Shown here: positions 15,719 through 23,067 of the stretch, piece by piece
Position numbering within the stretch: position 1 is the stretch's first letter
Layout of the letters: each line of letters opens with the position of its first letter
IMG/VR virus record: IMGVR_UViG_3300042198_000070
Coordinates: 1-24,664 of that record
From: a virus
Taxonomy: Duplodnaviria > Caudoviricetes
DNA length: 24,664 nucleotides
Strand: one strand, 5' to 3'
Notes under the pieces: model-generated
Databases searched by the model: none
Told to the model about the DNA's origin: nothing
What the model saw: the letters and a program-made list of their open reading frames with translations, nothing else
Position numbers and translations under genes: made by a program

Positions 15719-17191
15719 TTATGCTGCTTGGCGTTCGTTGTCATGATTGGCGTCCAGTGCGAGATAGCTTCGCAAGAACTTTGTGTCTTCTCTGTTCTCA
15801 CGCAGCAGGACAAACTTCTTAAACCCAATCGATGTGAAGTCTTGGATGGCAGTCACGCCCGGAGTGCAAAAGGCGAGCACGGCGTTACAGAATTCCAACG
15901 CTGCCATGATTGACTCGTATCGCAGGGACCCACGGAAGATGCGGAACTCAATGGTCTTGGGGTTCTGAACATTGAGTGCTTCGTACCTCTCCCCCGTGTT
16001 CTTGTTGTGCGGTGAGAACTTAGCCATCTCGTGTTTGATCCGGCAGTAACCACCGCTGTACCGGCGAGCGATCGACCTGACCAACGCCTCGTTGCGGACG
16101 TCATTCAGAAACGACTGAACCCGGTAGATCTGGGACTGTGTGACGTACTCCCTACCCACGTGGACATGGAAGCCACAGCGACCACCCTCGTGTGAACGCA
16201 TGCCCTTCTTGACATTGCTGTCATTCAAGAACAGGGCGAGCTTCTCTCGATGTACGTCTAGGCCAGCAGGTTGCGTAACCATCTCGAAGCCAGTGCCGAT
16301 GGAGCCGTCACGCTCGAAGTAGCAGTACTCACCGACAACGCCAGATGGATTGAGCAGATCGTGGACACGACCAGCTGCCACGTATGCTTCGCCGGACACA
16401 ACCTCGACCTCGAGTTCGCAGCCGAACGCACGACGATTGGACCGCAGCCACTGGGAATCAATGACATCAAAGCCCTTGTTCTTTGAGCTGTGGTAGCTGT
16501 CGATCAGACCTTGATACGGAGACCAGCCATCCACGTGATAGATCTGACGCCGCTCGTCGTACCTAACGTGGCGACGGTCAAAGGTGCGCGTGGTCTGGCC
16601 ATGCATGAATGCAGATACCGCGTACCGAGACAAGACCAACTCGCTGTTGTTGTCAAAAGTTCTGACGCCACTGTTGATCAGATCTTGAGTGCAGTTTTCG
16701 CACACTGTGCTATGCGCATACGCTTCTTCATCTGTCCCTCTGAGTCCTTGAACGATTGTAGTGAAGTGACCGCAGTCCGCCCTGTACACGTTGTGATTTC
16801 GCGCAACGGACATGATCCAATCGGACTGTTCTTGCGCTTCGAACTTAGGAAACCAGTCTTTGATCAGCTGCCTAGCGTTAAGGCGATCTTGTCCGGTGCG
16901 ATCACGCCGGATATAGTCGATCAAGAAATGCATACGCAAGCAGCCCCGCTTATGGGAACGCTCGTACTTATGCAGCCTGCCTTCCAGATCGGATAGGACT
17001 TGACCGTACTTCTCTGGGTCGGTTGCTACTAGAGCGTCGATCAAACCAAGCCACTTGTTCTTGCCGATGTTCCTGCCACCGGTAAGAGAGACCGACTTGA
17101 TCGTGCGCTTGAGAAGCAGATCGAGGAATACATCACGCCCGAAACCATCAGCATTAAGCTTCTGGCGAGCGTATCTATAGATGCTCGTCAT
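15719..17191 (-). CDS. phage amidoligase (COOH-NH2 ligase, glutamine-synthetase-like fold)
   Basis: FGCELEVE, ERDGSI, GFEMVTQP, CGFHVHV, RYEALN and TIEFRIFRG. Confidence 0.9.
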   Translation of the reverse strand: MTSIYRYARQKLNADGFGRDVFLDLLLKRTIKSVSLTGGRNIGKNKWLGLIDALVATDPEKYGQVLSDLEGRLHKYERSHKRGCLRMHFLIDYIRRDRTGQDRLNARQLIKDWFPKFEAQEQSDWIMSVARNHNVYRADCGHFTTIVQGLRGTDEEAYAHSTVCENCTQDLINSGVRTFDNNSELVLSRYAVSAFMHGQTTRTFDRRHVRYDERRQIYHVDGWSPYQGLIDSYHSSKNKGFDVIDSQWLRSNRRAFGCELEVEVVSGEAYVAAGRVHDLLNPSGVVGEYCYFERDGSIGTGFEMVTQPAGLDVHREKLALFLNDSNVKKGMRSHEGGRCGFHVHVGREYVTQSQIYRVQSFLNDVRNEALVRSIARRYSGGYCRIKHEMAKFSPHNKNTGERYEALNVQNPKTIEFRIFRGSLRYESIMAALEFCNAVLAFCTPGVTAIQDFTSIGFKKFVLLRENREDTKFLRSYLALDANHDNERQAA

Positions 17192-17236
17192 ACAAATCTC
17201 CTAATTGTTTGAAGAAGAAGAAGGCAACCGCCCTCT

Positions 17237-17584
17237 TCACTGAAAGTGAGAGGCGGGTGCCGCTCGTTGAGGGGTGATGTCTTTGGGAAAGGGGAGGATG
17301 GTGTGCTTACCAACAGGACCAATCTCTTTTACTGCGTCATCGAGAGCTAGGGACATGCCCATAGTCACATCAAGCGCATCGATAAGCTGCTGGACTTGCT
17401 CATCAAGGTCATGCTGGAGTTCTTCGGAGTACTGCCATTGCTTGCCATATCTGAGACTTGCGTTGATAAATTCCAAGCGTCCTTGAATAATCGTTACATC
17501 CCATCCCCATTCAGACTGCATGTACAAGGCAACTTTCTTGGCGGTAGATCCATGCCAAGGTCGGAGTGCATCTGTCCAGCTCAT
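17237..17584 (-). CDS. hypothetical protein
   Basis: 115-aa coupled ORF. Confidence 0.7.
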   Translation of the reverse strand: MSWTDALRPWHGSTAKKVALYMQSEWGWDVTIIQGRLEFINASLRYGKQWQYSEELQHDLDEQVQQLIDALDVTMGMSLALDDAVKEIGPVGKHTILPFPKDITPQRAAPASHFQ

Positions 17585-17937
17585 TTGCTCCCCCTTGCCG
17601 CTTGTTCAATACCGTGATCGATGTGTCCGGTCAGACGGATTGCCCAGTCTTGGATCTCATCAATCGTTTTGTCGGAGATGTTGTGGCCATCTACGATCAA
17701 GTCCATCATGCTGCTCAGCGTTCCAGTCAACTGTTCGCCAACGGCTTCGGCTGTTTCTCTTGACTTTTCCCTTGCTAGGATTGCAACCATTCGAGTCAGG
17801 TGCATGCTCATTACATAGCAAAGCACGATGTCAGCGTAGACGTTACCGTGTATAGCTTTGATTGACTCGATGCTTTCGTCGATCTTGGTTCGTGCTTCCT
17901 TGATCTTGGGGTGTGCGTTCGGGTGGCTCATGTTCAT
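17581..17937 (-). CDS. hypothetical protein
   Basis: 118-aa coupled ORF with a GAGGAG RBS. Confidence 0.7.
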   Translation of the reverse strand: MNMSHPNAHPKIKEARTKIDESIESIKAIHGNVYADIVLCYVMSMHLTRMVAILAREKSRETAEAVGEQLTGTLSSMMDLIVDGHNISDKTIDEIQDWAIRLTGHIDHGIEQAARGSK

Positions 17938-18125
17938 TTGAAACTCCTCGGGTCGTATGGATCTTTCATCTCTTCATAGTCTTGATGCATGAGGCGATAG
18001 CATTCTTGGAGTTCTTCGTCGGTCAGCTCAGTGGATTGCCAACCGGCGGGAACTCTTGGCGCCAAACGCTCATAGCTGTCAGCTAGTTCTTCCTCTGTCC
18101 ATATGTTATTCATCGATATCTCCAT
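17934..18125 (-). CDS. small acidic hypothetical protein
   Basis: 63-aa ORF; probable start at 18113 after GGAG. Confidence 0.65.
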   Translation of the reverse strand: MEISMNNIWTEEELADSYERLAPRVPAGWQSTELTDEELQECYRLMHQDYEEMKDPYDPRSFK

Positions 18126-18298
18126 AGTTCTTTCTCGGGTTTAGGTGGAGCGAACTCAGCAATAAGTCTTGGCTTGCGTACTGCAATCTCTTGAGCGCAG
18201 TTTTTACAAACCCATCTAGGGATCTTCCCTTGCTTGACTTCGCCGCCATCGGGATTACGATATGCAAAGCAGGTTGTGCAAAAGCGGGACTGATTCAT
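18110..18298 (-). CDS. small zinc-ribbon protein (CxxC...CxxC)
   Basis: RFCTTC...WVCKNC; TAGGAG RBS. Confidence 0.7.
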   Translation of the reverse strand: MNQSRFCTTCFAYRNPDGGEVKQGKIPRWVCKNCAQEIAVRKPRLIAEFAPPKPEKELWRYR

Positions 18299-18308
18299 TA
18301 TCGATCTC

Positions 18309-18659
18309 CTAATATTCCGAGGGAACCATAATCACCCAGCGGTTGCCATCCCACTGCGCGAAGAAGGTGACCTCGGGATCGGGGTAGTCGGTGAAGCTGA
18401 TGTTCTCGGTGGCGAAGACGTTGCCGTTGCCGTCGTCCAGCGTCAGCACGCCCTTGCTGTCATTCACAGTGAGCTTGGCTACTGCGAAGTAGTCTTCTTT
18501 ATGTCGCGATTTGTGTCGCAATTGAGCGGCAATCGCGTCAAGTAACCAGAACGCACCGGCTTTCTTGGCTACGTAGATAGCGCCATCGGTTGCAACATCG
18601 GGGAACAAACCGAATCGGTGGTATGCGTCAGTGCCGGTGAAGTGTGAGGTATCAATCAT
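18309..18659 (-). CDS. DUF6876-like protein
   Basis: FTGT..YHR...TDG..YVA..AGAFWLLDAI...DDGNGN...I.FTDYP...MVPSEY. Confidence 0.75.
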   Translation of the reverse strand: MIDTSHFTGTDAYHRFGLFPDVATDGAIYVAKKAGAFWLLDAIAAQLRHKSRHKEDYFAVAKLTVNDSKGVLTLDDGNGNVFATENISFTDYPDPEVTFFAQWDGNRWVIMVPSEY

Positions 18660-18813
18660 GTAAGTCTCCTTTGGTTGTGCTGCCGTTTAACTGCAGGTAC
18701 ATCTCTTTGTCTACTGATATCCAGATGCAATCGTCAAATTCGTGCATGACTTCCGAGCCTTCGAGAATGTCAAAGGCGAGTTCTACTTTCTGCCAATCAG
18801 TTAGTTCGTTCAA
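18652..18813 (-). CDS. 53-aa acidic hypothetical protein (MNELTDWQKVELAFDILE...), below the ORF-track cutoff
   Basis: TTG start after AAGGAG; overlaps the next start codon. Confidence 0.6.
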   Translation of the reverse strand: MNELTDWQKVELAFDILEGSEVMHEFDDCIWISVDKEMYLQLNGSTTKGDLHD

Positions 18814-18998
18814 CGTCTGATCTCCTTTATAGAATTGAGAAGAGGGCCATCCCCTTCACCGAAGGGTGAGGGGTGGCGCTCTGGTGGTTGATGAGGGGTG
18901 GAGCGGGAAAGGGTTTGACGCTTGCGCCACAGCACGGAACGATCAGACGACTGACTATCTGCTGGGCAAGAGTCGGTGGTGTCTTGGAGGAAAAGCAT
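18810..18998 (-). CDS. possible hypothetical protein (spans a strong hairpin)
   Basis: AGGAGG RBS and TGATG coupling, but low-complexity sequence. Confidence 0.4.
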   Translation of the reverse strand: MLFLQDTTDSCPADSQSSDRSVLWRKRQTLSRSTPHQPPERHPSPFGEGDGPLLNSIKEIRR

Positions 18999-19174
18999 CA
19001 ATCCTCCTGACGATCAGCCAGTGGACGTAGCTTCATCCATTGGTCGTAAATAACTTCTGGATCTCCTGTTGCGATTGCATCGCCAATACGATGCAGTGCT
19101 ATCTTGTGCTGCTCAATCACCCAGTCTTTAATCCGGATGCGACTTTCTAATACCAGTCGATCGTTCTCGTTCAT
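18998..19174 (-). CDS. 58-aa hypothetical protein (MNENDRLVLESRIRIKDW...), below the ORF-track cutoff
   Basis: AAGGAGG RBS; ATGA coupling. Confidence 0.7.
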   Translation of the reverse strand: MNENDRLVLESRIRIKDWVIEQHKIALHRIGDAIATGDPEVIYDQWMKLRPLADRQED

Positions 19175-19386
19175 GTTGCCTCCTTTCTTTTGCTTTTGGT
19201 TGCGCGATTGAGAACCTCATCAATCCAATGGAACATCTGGTTCTCTGTGACGACGGACGTATTCCACATTTCTGTGTGCATCCGTTTGTATTCCATGAGC
19301 ATTGCCGTCTTGCTTCCGAGCTGTTTGAATTGCCGGTCACTCATCCGATTTGGTCTTGGTGGCAGGTTCATTTGCGGTACTTTCAT
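19171..19386 (-). CDS. hypothetical protein (MKVPQMNLPP...)
   Basis: Junction AAGGAGACAACATG. Confidence 0.7.
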   Translation of the reverse strand: MKVPQMNLPPRPNRMSDRQFKQLGSKTAMLMEYKRMHTEMWNTSVVTENQMFHWIDEVLNRATKSKRKEAT

Positions 19387-19589
19387 GTTGTCTCCTTGGT
19401 AAGTGGTTTGAACATGCTGCCGTCCCAAACGCCGACAACCAATGGCGCCAACGACCAGAACATTGCAGCGATAAATGCATACGGCTCAGTGATTCTTAGA
19501 GCGCCGCACAGTAGGAAGACCACAGCGAATGTGACTAGGCTGATGGCCAGAGAAAGAGTTGTTATCAACAAAGCAAACAGGTTGTTCAC
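19383..19589 (-). CDS. small two-TM membrane protein
   Basis: GTG start after AAGGAGG; two hydrophobic segments. Confidence 0.7.
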   Translation of the reverse strand: MNNLFALLITTLSLAISLVTFAVVFLLCGALRITEPYAFIAAMFWSLAPLVVGVWDGSMFKPLTKETT

Positions 19590-19657
19590 TTGACCTCCTT
19601 CTGGATTACTTGCACGGAAATATCGGAGGCTGGCTGTCCTGCCGCTCCGAAGTTTTT

Positions 19658-19687
19658 AATAAAGCCGAGGCTCCGAAGAACCCCGGC
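19658..19687 (-). terminator. intrinsic terminator
   Basis: GCCGGGGTTC-TTCG-GAGCCTCGGC-TTTATT on the minus strand. Confidence 0.7.
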
Positions 19688-19707
19688 TCCGTTTAACTAA
19701 TGAAGTA

Positions 19708-19905
19708 TCAGCGAGACTGATATTCGGAGTCAACATCAAATGCGGTGAGGATGCGAAAGGATGAGTAGACACCACAGAAGACTCCGAACATTGCAGCAGC
19801 GAACATCGTCCATGCTGAGATGAGATGATTCATGCCGCAGTACAAAGCAAATACATAAACCAGTACTGATAAGGCAAGCATTGTGAGTGTTTCGATACGG
19901 TTCAT
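19708..19905 (-). CDS. small two-TM membrane protein
   Basis: Junction TAGGAGATCAACATG; two hydrophobic segments. Confidence 0.75.
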   Translation of the reverse strand: MNRIETLTMLALSVLVYVFALYCGMNHLISAWTMFAAAMFGVFCGVYSSFRILTAFDVDSEYQSR

Positions 19906-19914
19906 GTTGATCTC

Positions 19915-19986
19915 CTAGTCAAAGAATCCAATGAATGCAATAGCGATCAGGGCAACGCAGCCTGCGAGAATGAGTGCTTCGAACAT
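19915..19986 (-). CDS. 23-aa single-TM micropeptide MFEALILAGCVALIAIAFIGFFD
   Basis: Junction TAGGAGAACGACATG; its stop overlaps the next RBS. Confidence 0.75.
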   Translation of the reverse strand: MFEALILAGCVALIAIAFIGFFD

Positions 19987-19995
19987 GTCGTTCTC

Positions 19996-20088
19996 CTAGA
20001 TCAAGACGATGAGGATGAAGCCAGCGAGTGCGCCGATGCATGCACCAAAGAATGCTGCGGTAATAGCCATGAATGTGCGGTCGTCCAT
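19996..20088 (-). CDS. 30-aa single-TM micropeptide MDDRTFMAITAAFFGACIGALAGFILIVLI
   Basis: Junction TAAGGAGAACAACATG; its stop overlaps the next RBS. Confidence 0.75.
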   Translation of the reverse strand: MDDRTFMAITAAFFGACIGALAGFILIVLI

Positions 20089-20098
20089 GTTGTTCTCC

Positions 20099-20176
20099 TT
20101 AGTTGATCATTGACAGAATGGCAAGGTAAACCATGCATACAAAGTAAGTGCCTGCGATGATGAATTCGGGTGACAT
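20099..20176 (-). CDS. 25-aa single-TM micropeptide MSPEFIIAGTYFVCMVYLAILSMIN
   Basis: Junction TAAGGAGAACAACATG; its stop overlaps the next RBS. Confidence 0.75.
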   Translation of the reverse strand: MSPEFIIAGTYFVCMVYLAILSMIN

Positions 20177-20186
20177 GTTGTTCTCC

Positions 20187-20285
20187 TTAGTCTGTTGGGC
20201 CACCGAAGAGCTTCGCCAAGATCCAACCGACAACGATTGGCGAGATGAAGCCAGCGAACCAGATGATCTTGAGTGTTGTGCTCAC
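20187..20285 (-). CDS. 32-aa single-TM micropeptide MSTTLKIIWFAGFISPIVVGWILAKLFGGPTD
   Basis: Start context CAGGAGAGCAACGTG; its stop overlaps the next RBS. Confidence 0.72.
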   Translation of the reverse strand: MSTTLKIIWFAGFISPIVVGWILAKLFGGPTD

Positions 20286-20319
20286 GTTGCTCTCCTGATG
20301 AGTTGATAGATAGCGGCAA

Positions 20320-20395
20320 GGAGGATTTACCCAGCTTGAGCTGGCGACCTCCCGCCGACCTAAGGATTTACCTAGCTTGAGCTAGCGACCTTAGG
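20320..20395 (-). repeat. tandem 29-bp repeat forming two covarying internal-loop hairpins
   Basis: AGGATTTACCCAGCTTGAGCTGGCGACCT (20322-20350) and AGGATTTACCTAGCTTGAGCTAGCGACCT (20363-20391). Confidence 0.85.
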
Positions 20396-20407
20396 ATTTT
20401 GATAACG

Positions 20408-20603
20408 GGTTAAAAGCCGGAAGCACTGGCGAACCAACGCTCCCGGGTACTCCAAAGTAGATAGGGCTAATTGATGTGTTAAGAGGTTGCCACCCTCAAG
20501 CTACGCACTCCCGTTACGGGCACATCCGTGCTACGCCACCTTGGATGCCTCAGGTTGACTGAGGTTAAAAGCGGGAAACCCTTCGAACAAGCGCTCCCGC
20601 GTA
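20408..20603 (-). terminator. pair of related terminator-like hairpins (20408-20449 and 20563-20603)
   Basis: Each reads TAC..GGGAGCG...TTCG...stem..TTTTAACC on the minus strand. Confidence 0.65.
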
Positions 20604-20614
20604 TGCCTAAGGAA

Positions 20615-20941
20615 TTACTGAGCCTTAGAACAGAACATAGAACGTAGAATCATGGCGCCTTCCAGTACCTTCGAGTTCTTGATACCTGCACCATCGATGA
20701 GTGCTAGAGCTTCCACTACCTTGGAAGTCATCTCCACCTCGGATGAAGTCATACGTGCTAAGACCCGACCACCCTTGCTCTTCAAGACATCCTTGTCACG
20801 CTTGGATGCAGGAGCGTTGCGAATTACGCAAGAAGCTTCCCACGACGTCTGTGGGATGGATGCAGCGATTAAGCCACGGTCAATTAGAGCCTGAATGCGA
20901 CCGGTTTGTGCAGGAGTGATGGGTTTGATTTGCAGAGTCAT
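20615..20941 (-). CDS. first gene of the leftward early block; hypothetical protein
   Basis: 108-aa ORF with a TAGGAG RBS; pattern PITPAQ..I..L...T..EAS..I. Confidence 0.75.
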   Translation of the reverse strand: MTLQIKPITPAQTGRIQALIDRGLIAASIPQTSWEASCVIRNAPASKRDKDVLKSKGGRVLARMTSSEVEMTSKVVEALALIDGAGIKNSKVLEGAMILRSMFCSKAQ

Positions 20942-21582
20942 GTGAAGCTCCTAAGAAAAAAAACAACGATTGAGATGTTGAAAGGCAACTGCCCCCTTTC
21001 ACGAATAGTGAAGGGGCAGGGGCCGCTGTGTCGGTTCCTGAAGAGAGGAACGGAGAGGGGGAGTCAGTTGAGAAAAATCGTTATGGATCTACGGGGGAAT
21101 ACGCGCGCGAGTCCAAGTCCCCCGAAAAAAGACGCACCAGACTGTGCCGCTGGGTAGGATTTTCAGCACAAATTCAGCACAACTCCCTGAGAAGCGTTGA
21201 AAACACTATAGGGTCTACTCATTCCGGATCGGATGGATGTATGCACAGGGGATATACATACGTACTCCTAGGGGCACGGGACCACGAAGTGCATCACCCC
21301 GGGGTTGAGGCTCCAGCTGTATCCCATATCCATACGCGTGACTCACTCCCCATTGCCTGTCAGAAACTTGACACCTCTTCTGACGCGAACTTGTTTCCCG
21401 TAATGAAGGAGAGTTACTTGATAACTCTTCTCATTGAAAATTCATTCACGAGGGTGGCCCGGGGTGGACCAAATGGACACGCACCCCGGGGGCTTCAATC
21501 GGGTTGGTTTTGTTTTTAAGTTGCGCTAATAGCAAACAGGCTATGCTAATATATTAGTAAATTAGCGATACTGTGCACATAT

Positions 21583-21657
21583 AGCGGAGTAGCGCAGCGG
21601 TAGAGCGCGGGACTCATAATCCCGAGGTCGGGGGTTCGATTCCCTCCTCCGCAACCA
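21583..21657 (+). tRNA. tRNA-Met(CAT), initiator-like
   Basis: 75-nt cloverleaf; anticodon arm CGGGA-CTCATAA-TCCCG; TTCGATT T loop; unpaired A1/A72; encoded CCA. Confidence 0.9.
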
Positions 21658-21787
21658 TCAAGACCGTAGAGCCGCCCCGCCTTAAACCGGGAAGCACTGC
21701 TGACGGCAACGAGGGTCGAGCATTCACTTGCTCATCCGGCAATAGAACCGGAGGGGACCCTCACCTATTCCAAACCGAGGAAGTTTT

Positions 21788-22051
21788 ATGCTCACCGTAG
21801 AAGAGCTACAGAGGTTCTTGAACCAAAGCAGCGCATTGGCCGGTATTGAAGTTGCATATGAGAGCGACTTAAAGCGAGCCCTTGCACCTCAGGTGGTAAT
21901 GCTTACCGGCATGGTGAACATTGGCGGAGACCCCCACCTGTTCGAAACAGAGATCAATCTCACCGAATTCAACAGCAGGGAGGATCTTCTCCTCCTCGGC
22001 TCCTCGATCCTCAAAGCGTTCGATCGCGCCGGGGTACAGACATTGGGATAA
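21788..22051 (+). CDS. hypothetical protein
   Basis: 87-aa ORF with a GAGGA RBS; first ORF of the late block. Confidence 0.75.
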   Translation: MLTVEELQRFLNQSSALAGIEVAYESDLKRALAPQVVMLTGMVNIGGDPHLFETEINLTEFNSREDLLLLGSSILKAFDRAGVQTLG

Positions 22052-22054
22052 GAC

Positions 22055-22306
22055 ATGGCAGCAAGAATCAAAAAAATCCGACACGACGAGAACACCCGGC
22101 TGAAGATCCAAGCGGCTCAGCTGATCAACCGTCTGACCAACCATGCCAACGGTGAGGTGGATTTGTCCGCCACGCAAGTAAGGTCTATTGAGATATTGCT
22201 CCGCAAAATTCTGCCCGATTTGAGCGACGTCAAGATGGAGGTAGATGCTCAGCCAATTACCTTCCAGCTGGACATGGCTGGCAAGCGCAAAGAGGAAGAC
22301 GAGTAA
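22055..22306 (+). CDS. putative terminase small subunit
   Basis: R.KIQAAQLINRL..HA.GE...SATQV...EILLRK.LPDL pattern; lies upstream of the large terminase. Confidence 0.6.
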   Translation: MAARIKKIRHDENTRLKIQAAQLINRLTNHANGEVDLSATQVRSIEILLRKILPDLSDVKMEVDAQPITFQLDMAGKRKEEDE

Positions 22307-23067
22307 TGGGACACGCCCCGGATTGGATGAGGCAGAACTTCGGGAAGAAGCCGGAAGTCAGGAGAATGGCCGATGGAGGCAGTGCGGACGATCGATCCTT
22401 AAGCGACAAGTTCTTTGACTGGATTGCCGACAAAGACACTCGCTCGGTTATGGATAAACCACAAACCGATATGCGTGATGCTCAATACCGAAAAGAGTTA
22501 GAGCAAAAGCAGGCTCTTCAAGAGCCGCCAATCAGCCCGGAAGATGTGCTGCTGCCAGCCGCGAGCAAAATATCTGGAATGGCAAAACGCTTGAAAGCTG
22601 GCGAGCAAATGGCTGTACGTCAGAAGCCCGACATTTCGCATATTGATGATAAGTGGAAAGCGCAAGAGCATGCCGCCAATCTAGAGAAACGTGAGAAAGA
22701 GTATTACAACAAAAAATACGACGACAAATACTCACCCTTTACGGAGGCTCGTAAAAAATACGAGCGAGCTGAGGCTGAGTCCGATCACTTCAACCCTAAT
22801 GGCCCATACAAAAAGTCAACAGACACTTTGGCGGAAAGGGTCCAGAAGGAAGGCACAAAGCACTTTCAAAAGCGCCTCATCGACCAGAAAGAGAAAGAGA
22901 TGATGGGCGCTGCTAACAAAAAAGCCAGAGAAAACGACGCAAAGAAAAAGATTATCAGCTCAATGAAAGAGTCGATTATTCCCTCATCAGCTGGTCATCT
23001 GGGTGGGCTTGCAATGGAAATTGAAGATCAATTGCAAGGTCGGCTTGATTCGTTGAGGAGCAAGTAA
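22306..23067 (+). CDS. charged hypothetical protein with an MGHAPDWMRQ...MADGG leader
   Basis: 253-aa ORF; TAATG coupling. Confidence 0.75.
   Translation: MGHAPDWMRQNFGKKPEVRRMADGGSADDRSLSDKFFDWIADKDTRSVMDKPQTDMRDAQYRKELEQKQALQEPPISPEDVLLPAASKISGMAKRLKAGEQMAVRQKPDISHIDDKWKAQEHAANLEKREKEYYNKKYDDKYSPFTEARKKYERAEAESDHFNPNGPYKKSTDTLAERVQKEGTKHFQKRLIDQKEKEMMGAANKKARENDAKKKIISSMKESIIPSSAGHLGGLAMEIEDQLQGRLDSLRSK

Noticed and set aside
20107-20319. 70-aa minus-strand ORF in the track
   Set aside because: It lacks an RBS and cuts across the micropeptide ORFs, which each have strong RBSs and coupled stops.
19900-20400. CRISPR array (repeated 16-17 bp junctions; 29-bp repeat pair)
   Set aside because: The junctions are RBS/start motifs separated by open frames of 72-99 nt. 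The 29-bp repeat has only two copies 12 bp apart. There is no cas operon; the Cas4-like nuclease sits with ERF.
21028-21519. 163-aa + strand ORF
   Set aside because: No RBS, no recognisable motif, and it spans a repeat- and palindrome-rich region.
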